Shown in pieces: positions 1 through 7,533 of a DNA stretch of 32,000 nt (positions are counted from its first letter, which is position 1; every line of letters starts with the position of its first letter). The position numbers were made by a program, and so were the translations under genes. Under the pieces are notes generated by a model, which saw only the letters and a program-made list of their open reading frames with translations, had not been told where the DNA came from and made no database searches. The stretch lies in NCBI RefSeq assembly GCF_000018465.1, contig NC_010085.1, positions 870,001-902,000 of the forward strand, written 5' to 3'. Origin of the DNA: Nitrosopumilus maritimus SCM1. Lineage in GTDB: Archaea > Thermoproteota > Nitrososphaeria > Nitrososphaerales > Nitrosopumilaceae.

Positions 1-511
1 CAAGTAATCCAGAATCAGTCAATACCCGTTTTGATTCAGAAACAAATTCAGATAGAGGTTTGAAATGCTGTGCAGATTCTAATGCCAAGACACGGTCTAC
101 AGAGTTGTTTGTAAAGGGGAGTTTTGTAGAAGAAGAGTTTAGAAATTCAATTTTTTGTTTTTTTCCAAAAGATAATTGTGAATAGTTGATGTTTACATCA
201 TATAGCAGAATATGGGGGAATTCTTGTTGCCATAGATGAGAGGGAGCAGATAACCCACTTCCAACATCAACTACATGTTTTGCAGAAGATAATTCAGCAA
301 GTTCTGCAAAAACCATGCACAGATTTTCCTGAGCAGATATTGGTTCAGAGTGTTCTTGAGACCAATACCCAAAATTAAGCATAGATCCACCTGTTGCAAG
401 TTGCATTACGGGAGATAATGTGTTGTAAAGATTGACAGTGTCTTTTTCATTTCTACGAAAAGTCCACAAGAATAGTTCTAGAGGGTTAATCGATACCAAA
501 AATAAATTCAA
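1..511 (-). CDS. Class I SAM-dependent methyltransferase (partial; C-terminus lies beyond the window start)
   Basis: Own minus-strand translation; absent from the ORF track because there is no in-window stop. Sequence: ...FRRNEKDTVNLYNTLSPVMQLATGGSMLNFGYWSQEHS...AKHVVDVGSGLSAPS...NNSVDRVLALESAQHFKPLSEFVSESKRVLTDSGLL. VVDVGSG is a SAM-binding glycine-loop motif I, and the downstream acidic/hydrophobic motifs fit the fold. Start is uncertain: in-frame TTG ending at 511 or 499, or ATG at 406. Confidence 0.7.
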   Translation of the reverse strand, partial: MNLFLVSINPLELFLWTFRRNEKDTVNLYNTLSPVMQLATGGSMLNFGYWSQEHSEPISAQENLCMVFAELAELSSAKHVVDVGSGLSAPSHLWQQEFPHILLYDVNINYSQLSFGKKQKIEFLNSSSTKLPFTNNSVDRVLALESAQHFKPLSEFVSESKRVLTDSGLL

Positions 512-539
512 AATTAATTGAACAGAGTCATATTAATTT

Positions 540-671
540 CTAGGGTAATCCTTCAGAGTCTTCAGCACAATGTTTGTGGACCCATTTTTCATCTTTGTTT
601 TTAGAGATCTCTTTTCCTGGCTGAATTTTATCACCACAAGAGACACAAGATGTTGCAAATTTTGCTTTCAT
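540..671 (-). CDS. 43-aa Cys/His mini-protein (C-x2-C ... W-x-H-x2-C), hypothetical
   Basis: Own translation, below the track size cut-off: MKAKFATSCVSCGDKIQPGKEISKNKDEKWVHKHCAEDSEGLP, ATG at 671, stop at 540-542. An A/T-rich TATA-like stretch (TTTATC) lies about 20 nt upstream on the minus strand. Confidence 0.4.
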   Translation of the reverse strand: MKAKFATSCVSCGDKIQPGKEISKNKDEKWVHKHCAEDSEGLP

Positions 672-927
672 ATGTTTTGATAATTTTAGATAGATAAATC
701 AGATGTGTTGCAATTGGTGTCAACTAATGATCAACGCATTTTGAAAATTTGAGTATTAGTTTACACATCAAATACGGTTCAGAGAGCATAGTTAACAAAA
801 TTCATCATCTTTTAGGTCAAAAATGGATTCATTCAGATGTAAATTGAGATAAACAGAAGAGATTGGAAATCAAAAGAAATCATCCTAGTCTGCATAGGTT
901 TTGGAGATTTCTAATGTTTTATTGTTT

Positions 928-2472
928 TTAGTTATTACTATCAGAGTCTCCACTATCAGAGTCTCCACTATCAGAGTCTCCACTATCAGAGATCACGGGT
1001 TCGTTAATTATTTCAGAATTTTGTGAATCATTACTTGTGTCAAATTCATCATTGTTATTTTCAGATGCATTTTGTGTGGGCAAATTATCTGGCACAGGAG
1101 TTGACAAGATTTGGAATACTGTATCATGTTGAGTTTGTGCAGATTGAACTCTTTGGTTAGCAATATCTAATTTTTCTTTTTTATTTTCTTCAAAAGTCAC
1201 AAATTTGAGCAAAGTATTTTGCCTTTTTTCAAGTGCCTTGATTGCCCTTTGTTCTTCTTTACTTCCTAAAGGAGCTTTATCGAGTCTTTCTTTTGCAAGA
1301 TCAACTGCTGTTTTTGCAGCTAATGTTTTTTCAATAGCTATTTGATATTGCACTTCTCGTTTTTGCTCATTTTTTATTGCATTGTTTAGTTGATTCAATG
1401 CTTTTTTCTGTGCTTTAGTTAAGGGGGTTGAGGGCTCAGTAGGAGTTGAGGGCTCAGTAGGAGTTGAGGGCTCAGTAGGAGTTGAGGGCTCAGTAGGAGT
1501 TGAGGGCTCAGTAGGAGTTGAGGGCTCAGTAGGAGTTGAGGGCTCAGTAGGAGTTGAGGGCTCAGTAGGAGTTGAGGGCTCAGTAGGAGTTGAGGGCTCA
1601 GTAGGAGTTGAGGGCTCAGTAGGAGTTGAGGGCTCAGTAGGAGTAGGAGTATTTACAACATAACTTTGTTTAGAGTTTTGACTGTTTTTGTTTTGTTGTT
1701 TTTTAATTAAGGATTCTATTGCATCCCTAGTTTCCAAAAGATCTGTTCGTTTTGATGGTTGTAGTTTTGCTTGATGTTCTAGTGCTTTAATTAACATATT
1801 CCATCTTTCGTTTTGTATCAATTCGTTTATTGTCAAAGCAAAGACTTTGTCAGTTACTTTCGATGCAAAACCTGTTCCTTTGTATTCTTGTTGATTAATT
1901 TTAGCAAATATTTTTCGATATTCTTTAATTTCTTTTAGATTTAGAATTTCAGATTTAATAAAATCTGATTTTTTCTGTTTGTCAACAGATTTTGTTAATT
2001 TTGAATTTACATTATTTGCATGTTGAGTAAGTTTTTGTAATATTTGCTTTTCATGTGAAGAAAAATGCTTTGATACTTGTTCATTCTTTGTAGTCTGTTT
2101 CTTATACATAGTCAATAATTGATTAAACTCAGAAATCAGATTTTCTTGTTCTTCTAATGACAATGTAGGTTGAATACCAACTAAGGCATTTCCAATTGTG
2201 CGAAATTCAAAGGACATTGAAGAAACATTATCTGTTCTTTGTTCTGCAATGGATGAACGAATTTTTTTAAAACCTTGCTCAATTTTCTCTAATTTTTCTG
2301 AATTTGCATCGTCAATTTCAGCACTGGCAAAAGGAACTGAAGCAACTATGCTAGTAAGTAACAATACTGCAAGAAAACTAGCCAGAAACATCAAAGAAAA
2401 TTTTCTAGTATGAGTTACATTTTTGTTCAATATGCTATTAGAATTATTTTCATGGAAAGTTAGAGTCATCAC
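928..2472 (-). CDS. Secreted or surface repeat protein: signal/anchor, helical regions, (PTEPST)x12 linker, acidic (SGDSD)n C-terminal tail
   Basis: 514-aa ORF. Hydrophobic N-terminal segment RKFSLMFLASFLAVLLLTSIVASVPFASAE, heptad-like K/E/Q-rich sequence, a Pro/Thr/Ser tandem repeat and a C-terminal SGDSD repeat. Start is uncertain (GTG 2472, ATG 2469 or a downstream TTG). Confidence 0.8.
   Translation of the reverse strand: MMTLTFHENNSNSILNKNVTHTRKFSLMFLASFLAVLLLTSIVASVPFASAEIDDANSEKLEKIEQGFKKIRSSIAEQRTDNVSSMSFEFRTIGNALVGIQPTLSLEEQENLISEFNQLLTMYKKQTTKNEQVSKHFSSHEKQILQKLTQHANNVNSKLTKSVDKQKKSDFIKSEILNLKEIKEYRKIFAKINQQEYKGTGFASKVTDKVFALTINELIQNERWNMLIKALEHQAKLQPSKRTDLLETRDAIESLIKKQQNKNSQNSKQSYVVNTPTPTEPSTPTEPSTPTEPSTPTEPSTPTEPSTPTEPSTPTEPSTPTEPSTPTEPSTPTEPSTPTEPSTPTEPSTPLTKAQKKALNQLNNAIKNEQKREVQYQIAIEKTLAAKTAVDLAKERLDKAPLGSKEEQRAIKALEKRQNTLLKFVTFEENKKEKLDIANQRVQSAQTQHDTVFQILSTPVPDNLPTQNASENNNDEFDTSNDSQNSEIINEPVISDSGDSDSGDSDSGDSDSNN
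937..992. repeat. 15-bp tandem repeat (tcagagtctccacta) x3 plus a partial copy, encoding (SGDSD)n
   Basis: Read directly from the sequence: three identical units at 941-955, 956-970 and 971-985 with partial flanking copies. Confidence 0.9.
1430..1645. repeat. 18-bp tandem repeat (gagggctcagtaggagtt) x12, encoding (PTEPST)n on the minus strand
   Basis: Counted unit by unit: 11 identical copies and a 12th differing at its last base. There is no synonymous variation between copies. Confidence 0.95.
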
Positions 2473-2506
2473 AGTATAGTATTTTACATTGTTTAATTAT
2501 TTTTTA

Positions 2507-3814
2507 TCAGACTAGGAGCAAAAGTTTGTATAATTTTGTTCTATTCTCTAATAGATCAAGACGTAGTTTTTCAATATTTTGTACTATTTCTGTTGCCTGT
2601 TCTTCACCTGTAGAATCTAGTTTCTTTGAGGTTAGTTGATTTAGTGATTTTCTTTGCTCAGATAGATCTGTTTGTAGTTTATCAATTTTCTTTTCTAATT
2701 TTTCAACTTCAGAAGATGCTTTTGAGTGAGTACTGATTTTAGGTTCAATTGACTCAGAATCAAGTGCGTTAATCTTTGCAATTCCAACTTGGCAGGAATT
2801 TGGCACAATTCTATCAATCAGTTTTACAGTGGTAGATGCAGAATCAGATACAATGTCAATTACAGGAATCCTTACAGTATCTTTACCTGTGCATGCCTCA
2901 AAGACAACATCATATCTCTTTAAATCAGGATTTGAAGAGTCAGGTTTTGCAACTGCTTCAGTTACAGAGATAAGATTTGTACTCATTCCTTCAAGAGGTT
3001 GACCAGTTATGGATTTTGGAAGATCAAGTTCTGTTGCTTTAGTATTTGGAGGCACATACAATACCATCAAATATCTTCTAAGTTGATCTTGAAGACTTTT
3101 GAGTTCTTTTTTAAGTGTTGAAATATTGCTCAAGTTTTCAGGACTTGGTTCTCCATCTCGAGGAATTTTTTGTTTTGCAGCAGTGATTCTTTCTTTCAAA
3201 TCAGTAATCTGGGTTTCAAGAGAAGAGATTTTTTCAGATATTCCACCCTTGTTTAATAGAGTTGCAGAAATAGAATTAGGATCTGCAGCTTTGATAATTA
3301 CAGAACTAGTGTAACAAGAATTAGCTTTTAACATACTTCCTAGTTTTACAGATTTAGTTTCACTATCAGAGGTTACAAAAATTTCAGGATTTCTAACTGT
3401 TTTTGAATCAGCACATGCATCAAAGACAAAAGCATATCCAGTAACTCCTGTAGCAGTTGAGCCTTTGATAACTTTGGTAGATTGTTTTAATGTTGCAATC
3501 TTTTCGATAGTTCCTGCAGGTTCACCCTTTTTTGCCTTCTTGGCAGATATCTCTTCTATTTTTTTCTCAGAGAGAGGGTTTGACCAACCTAATTCAGACA
3601 GTCGTTCAGCAGTCTTTGGTTTTACACATGATGCATCACCAGTGGTTTTTTTGATTAGTTTTACAAGATTTTCACTACATACAACTTGATCAGGAGTAAA
3701 ATCCAACTTCATTTGCATTCTTGGACTAATAACATCTGCAAAACTTGAAGTTGTAAAAGTACTTGAAACAAGAATAAAGCCTAGGAATAATACTAGAAAG
3801 GAGATTGATTTCAC
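2507..3814 (-). CDS. Secreted protein with an N-terminal two-Cys module and an internally duplicated two-Cys domain plus coiled-coil unit
   Basis: 435-aa ORF with GTG start followed directly by a signal-peptide-like KSISFLVLFLGFILVSSTFTTSSFA. The duplication aligns aa 127-190 with aa 301-364 without gaps. Each copy is followed by a heptad-rich stretch. Confidence 0.8.
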   Translation of the reverse strand: MKSISFLVLFLGFILVSSTFTTSSFADVISPRMQMKLDFTPDQVVCSENLVKLIKKTTGDASCVKPKTAERLSELGWSNPLSEKKIEEISAKKAKKGEPAGTIEKIATLKQSTKVIKGSTATGVTGYAFVFDACADSKTVRNPEIFVTSDSETKSVKLGSMLKANSCYTSSVIIKAADPNSISATLLNKGGISEKISSLETQITDLKERITAAKQKIPRDGEPSPENLSNISTLKKELKSLQDQLRRYLMVLYVPPNTKATELDLPKSITGQPLEGMSTNLISVTEAVAKPDSSNPDLKRYDVVFEACTGKDTVRIPVIDIVSDSASTTVKLIDRIVPNSCQVGIAKINALDSESIEPKISTHSKASSEVEKLEKKIDKLQTDLSEQRKSLNQLTSKKLDSTGEEQATEIVQNIEKLRLDLLENRTKLYKLLLLV

Positions 3815-3890
3815 AGTAATGCTTGAAAATTATTATTAAAAAACATATTGTAAAAATTGAGGTTATTCTGCGAGATAAAATGAGTTTATT

Positions 3891-5201
3891 CTATTTAGAG
3901 CTCTTTTGTTCTAGACCAATGTTTTTTAAGAAATTGTTGGATTCATTTAGTGCATGTTTTTTAATTTTAATTCTGTCTTCTTTTTTGATGGATTTGGAAG
4001 CCAGATGAAGTATCTCATCCATTAGATTAATTCCCCCTCTAGCCCCCTTCTTGAGTCCGAGTTGGTAGAGCATTGGAAGTTTTGACATGTTTGAGGTGAC
4101 TTGCATCTTGATTTCAGGTACATTCAGAGATTTTTTATCAGGGGTCTCAATTTCAGTGAATTTGTCAACTACTTTGGATAGTAAAATATCTAGATTCTCA
4201 CCCAAATTACGCTCAAGTTTGGTATTTTTTTCCTTTCTTGCCATCATTACGATTCTTTTGATCTTCAGTAGAGCTTGGTTTGTCTCAACAGATTCAAAAT
4301 CATTTGCAGAGAGGTCCAATCCAAAATCTTTCATGAATGCAGAAGTGATGTATGATATGGCCTCTTTTCTACAAGATGCCTTTGTTGTTCCAAATGGGCA
4401 GTTATCACAATTTGTTGTAAAATATCTAGCTCCACGTTGACCAAAACTTGAAAGAACAATTTTATCTTGATCACGTAATTTGGAGATAGTTCGTGATACA
4501 AGTCCTTCGTCAATCAATAGTGCTTGAGATATTTCTTGGTTAGAATAAGAACCCTCATCAATTAACTCTAGTATCTCTTCTTCTAATTCACCTGGAGAAC
4601 GTCTTGAGGCCTCTTCTATTGCATCAGCTAAGTAATGTAAAACAACCTTATCTCCAGAATCATGGTTAATAGTGAAAGTTTTTCCATCATATGTTGCATC
4701 AAGGCCAGATAATGTTTCTGTTTTAATTATTTTTGCAAGAATTTTGTCTAGATTTTTTATTTTAAAATTATTTAATAACTCGTTTAGATTTTGTTTTGAG
4801 ATTTTTGTTTTGCCAGCTGTAAAAATATAATATAATGCCCAACGAATTTTTCGTTCATCACTTCTCTCAATTAATCGCAATAATTTACAAAAATTGTCTA
4901 TTCGGGCCCATTTTATATCAGATAGTTCATCCTTGGTGTTTTTGATGAATAAAGTCCTGTCTAAGATTTTACAAAATTCATCAAACTGTTTTGCAAGTTC
5001 AGATTTTTTGATTTTTGAAGATTTCTTAATTTTTGTACTTTTTGGAATGAGTTCTAAAAAATCATCTTTGAGAACATTACTTTCGTCTCTTAGGGATTTT
5101 GTCTCATATCGAAAAAACTCAAAGAAACCAAGTGAACCATCAAGTAACGAGGATGGGGGAAATACTCGTAATCCGTTGAGATTAGGAGAAGATAGTCCCA
5201 T
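3891..5201 (-). CDS. Winged-helix (MarR/IclR-like HTH) domain protein with an adjacent Cys cluster; putative regulator
   Basis: 436-aa ORF. The central segment EILELIDEGSYSNQEISQALLIDEGLVSRTISKLRDQDKIVLSSFGQRGARYF fits a wHTH pattern and is followed by TTNCDNCPFGTTKASC. TATA-like ATAAATA (5223-5229) lies 21 nt before the ATG. Confidence 0.75.
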   Translation of the reverse strand: MGLSSPNLNGLRVFPPSSLLDGSLGFFEFFRYETKSLRDESNVLKDDFLELIPKSTKIKKSSKIKKSELAKQFDEFCKILDRTLFIKNTKDELSDIKWARIDNFCKLLRLIERSDERKIRWALYYIFTAGKTKISKQNLNELLNNFKIKNLDKILAKIIKTETLSGLDATYDGKTFTINHDSGDKVVLHYLADAIEEASRRSPGELEEEILELIDEGSYSNQEISQALLIDEGLVSRTISKLRDQDKIVLSSFGQRGARYFTTNCDNCPFGTTKASCRKEAISYITSAFMKDFGLDLSANDFESVETNQALLKIKRIVMMARKEKNTKLERNLGENLDILLSKVVDKFTEIETPDKKSLNVPEIKMQVTSNMSKLPMLYQLGLKKGARGGINLMDEILHLASKSIKKEDRIKIKKHALNESNNFLKNIGLEQKSSK

Positions 5202-5222
5202 ACAGGTGTAAAATTACTTGAC

Positions 5223-5229
5223 TATTTAT
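5223..5229 (-). promoter_or_regulatory. TATA-like box for the wHTH gene (leaderless geometry)
   Basis: The minus strand reads ATAAATA, then 21 nt, then the ATG at 5201. Confidence 0.4.
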
Positions 5230-5313
5230 GAGTATCAAGACAACTAGATGACTAGTTTTTGGCTCAACATAACTGGTTTTATTGAAACAACATCTAGACA
5301 AAATTATCTTGGC

Positions 5314-5319
5314 TTAATA
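5314..5319 (+). promoter_or_regulatory. TATA-like box upstream of the mini-ORF at 5343
   Basis: TTAATA, then 23 nt, then ATG. Confidence 0.35.
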
Positions 5320-5342
5320 CCAAAAATTGACTTTCTCTTTTT

Positions 5343-5504
5343 ATGAGTACAACTTTGACAATGTCTTACAATAAGACTAGGCAACTCGAGCCACGAAAGA
5401 TCCTGGTTGAAAGCATACCAGTAAAAGAAAGCAAAAAACTTTCAGCTAATGAATCAACCAAAATACAAGTTATTACTTGGGAAGACTTCAGAGGTGTTTT
5501 CTAA
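5343..5504 (+). CDS. 53-aa hypothetical mini-protein
   Basis: Own translation: MSTTLTMSYNKTRQLEPRKILVESIPVKESKKLSANESTKIQVITWEDFRGVF. A TATA-like box sits at the right distance and the next ORF starts immediately after the stop. Confidence 0.3.
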   Translation: MSTTLTMSYNKTRQLEPRKILVESIPVKESKKLSANESTKIQVITWEDFRGVF

Positions 5505-5621
5505 ATGAGTCCATTTTATGGAAACGGTTTTAACAGAATAATGGATGCACTTGAAAATCGCTTCAAGAAAAAAAGATTTCCCTTACAATTTGATGAAGAA
5601 TTGTTAGAAAGTTTCAAGTGA
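5505..5621 (+). CDS. 38-aa hypothetical mini-protein
   Basis: Own translation: MSPFYGNGFNRIMDALENRFKKKRFPLQFDEELLESFK. Its ATG directly abuts the TAA of the preceding mini-ORF. Confidence 0.25.
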   Translation: MSPFYGNGFNRIMDALENRFKKKRFPLQFDEELLESFK

Positions 5622-5784
5622 TAAAAATGAGATTTTCTAATAATTTTTACTTAGATTACCTAAGAGGGGGTGTTTGATAAAAAATATGCCAAGACGGAAA
5701 CTTTATGACAACGGAGATGAAGACGATGATCTTGAATGTTATCAAGACATGTGATTTCTCTTATTCTTTTTTTGAGGTAACAAA

Positions 5785-5880
5785 ATGAGATTATGTAGAG
5801 TTTGTTTTCATTGTGGACGAGAATTTGTATCACTTTCAGAAAACTTGTGTAGTCAAAAATGTGTAGAAGAGATAAAATAA
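5785..5880 (+). CDS. 31-aa Cys-rich mini-protein (CxxCxxC ... CxxxC)
   Basis: Own translation: MRLCRVCFHCGREFVSLSENLCSQKCVEEIK. Confidence 0.3.
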   Translation: MRLCRVCFHCGREFVSLSENLCSQKCVEEIK

Positions 5881-5978
5881 AATGTATTTAGACAAAGTAA
5901 ACAATGTAAATACCATACACGTATGCTATGTACAAATGGGCACATCCAAGATTAAAAAACAATTCATCAGGGATAAGA

Positions 5979-5986
5979 TTAAGATA
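5979..5986 (+). promoter_or_regulatory. TATA-like box for the RAM-domain gene
   Basis: TTAAGATA, then 22 nt, then the ATG at 6009. Confidence 0.35.
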
Positions 5987-6008
5987 TGAGAACAGGTGAA
6001 ATAAAAAC

Positions 6009-6260
6009 ATGTTAGCATATATTCTTATTTCATGTAATACTGGAAGTGAAACAACAGTAATATCTGAACTCAAAGATATGCCAGAAATTGTGGAGATAAA
6101 TGGCATATGGGGGAAATATGATATTTTTTTAAAAATTTCTACAACAGACACAAACAAGATAGATCAAATTGTGCAAAGATTGAGAAACCATCCCGATGTA
6201 ACAGATACCTATACCATGCATGTTCTATATGGTCAGGGAGGCAGTATCGATGATGACTAG
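6009..6260 (+). CDS. Stand-alone Lrp/AsnC-type ligand-binding (RAM) domain protein, no HTH
   Basis: The 83-aa sequence MLAYILISCNTGSETTVISELKDMPEIVEINGIWGKYDIFLKISTTDTNKIDQIVQRLRNHPDVTDTYTMHVL matches the RAM-domain pattern (..V...L...peV.....vtG.yD....v...d...l...). It is too short to include a DNA-binding domain. Confidence 0.8.
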   Translation: MLAYILISCNTGSETTVISELKDMPEIVEINGIWGKYDIFLKISTTDTNKIDQIVQRLRNHPDVTDTYTMHVLYGQGGSIDDD

Positions 6261-6266
6261 ATTAGG

Positions 6267-6274
6267 TAAATATA
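6267..6274 (+). promoter_or_regulatory. TATA-like box for the gene at 6296
   Basis: TAAATATA, then 21 nt, then ATG. Confidence 0.35.
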
Positions 6275-6295
6275 CATCTGAAAAAGGGAGCAAAC

Positions 6296-6688
6296 ATGGC
6301 AATATTATCAGTGAATGACGTACAGAGATTAGATGCAGCATGTGTTGAACTGTCAAATGAGGAAAAAGTAAGGCACGTAGGAGGGATTAGTGAATTAGGA
6401 CGATTGGTTGCGGGAGGATTCAAAAAAGGTGTTACCCCTTTGCTTTCAGATGATAAGGTAAGAATGGTCTACATGCAGATGCAACTTGATTTTAACATGA
6501 GACAAGAATTAGACGATATTCTAGGACCTATAGACTATATCACATCTAGACGAACTAATCAGTTGATAATCAGTGTACCAATTGGAGAGAATTTGGTACT
6601 AATTACAGCAGAGCCTGATGCAGATGACAAAAAAATCATCAAAAAAGCAGAAGAAATATTTGACGAAATTACAATTTCTACCATTTAA
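6296..6688 (+). CDS. Hypothetical protein, possibly Roadblock/LC7-like fold
   Basis: 130-aa ORF with a good promoter geometry. There is a weak pattern resemblance (VRHVGGISELGRLVAG ... NLVLITAEPDAD) to Roadblock/LC7 domains. The function call is tentative. Confidence 0.65.
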   Translation: MAILSVNDVQRLDAACVELSNEEKVRHVGGISELGRLVAGGFKKGVTPLLSDDKVRMVYMQMQLDFNMRQELDDILGPIDYITSRRTNQLIISVPIGENLVLITAEPDADDKKIIKKAEEIFDEITISTI

Positions 6689-6753
6689 GATCATTCTCAA
6701 CTAAAATAATTTCAATAATAATTGCAAGTGGACACTAAAAAGTGGAAAAATTA

Positions 6754-7533
6754 TTACAGAGTTCTAATTTCTGAAAAGAAAAGTTCTAATGAATTTTCAA
6801 ATTGTTTGTTTAGTTTTTGAAGATGTGTGTTTTCTACAGAAAGAGATTCTTGATCAAACCAGGGTGGAGACAAATATAGTGAACGGTTCATCTCAATTTG
6901 AATCCATGGTAAGGGGTTATTTCCATATGTCTTTGTGATGTGACCTCCATGAAATGGGTCATTTAGAGATATTTCTTTTCTATCAATTGAATATGAACTA
7001 GAGATACAATCAGCTAAAAGTTCAAGCATTTCATCTGAACATGTTTTTCCATCCTGATTTGAAAGGCAAAACAATGGTCTTTTTTTGTTGGCACCATCAG
7101 GTGAAATTCCAGGTGCTACAGATGCCATAGAATGACAATCAAGACATAACTGCAAATCCAGTTCTGAAAAACTCTTTTGAAGTGCTCTATGATATGGCAT
7201 GTAATAAAATTCAACAAGCAAATCTCTTAGAGACTCATTAGGTTCTTTTCCTTTGATGTAAATTGGTTTTTCATAACAAGTCATGCTTTTTATCAAACCA
7301 TCAGGATTATCTGGAGGCATGTCTTGTAGGGAACGATTAAGATCTACAAACGCTCTTGCAATATCGGTCTTAATTACACGTTGTACTTTGTCTCCCAAGT
7401 CATATAGTTCTATGACAAAAGGATCAGCATCATCAAACAAATCTTTGTTTGTGATTGTTAAATGTCCATCAAGCTCTGCAGGTTTTTTCAATCCTCCATG
7501 GGGAATGGATAGCAATACTGGAAATTTTTTCAT
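6754..7533 (-). CDS. N-formylglutamate amidohydrolase (FGase) family hydrolase
   Basis: 259 aa with family-like motifs: LSIPHGG near the N-terminus, ARAFVDLNR, LDCHSM, NDPFHGGH and IQIEMNRSLY. Its ATG overlaps the stop of the upstream GGT gene (ATGA). Confidence 0.8.
   Translation of the reverse strand: MKKFPVLLSIPHGGLKKPAELDGHLTITNKDLFDDADPFVIELYDLGDKVQRVIKTDIARAFVDLNRSLQDMPPDNPDGLIKSMTCYEKPIYIKGKEPNESLRDLLVEFYYMPYHRALQKSFSELDLQLCLDCHSMASVAPGISPDGANKKRPLFCLSNQDGKTCSDEMLELLADCISSSYSIDRKEISLNDPFHGGHITKTYGNNPLPWIQIEMNRSLYLSPPWFDQESLSVENTHLQKLNKQFENSLELFFSEIRTL

Noticed and set aside
1430-1645. Possible CRISPR array suggested by the regular 18-bp repeats
   Set aside because: The units are directly adjacent with no spacers, lie inside an ORF and keep the reading frame (PTEPST). 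This is a coding tandem repeat, not CRISPR.
5888-6157. 89-aa minus-strand ORF overlapping the RAM-domain gene
   Set aside because: It is antisense to a well-supported Lrp/AsnC RAM-domain CDS and its promoter, with a hydrophobic low-complexity translation.
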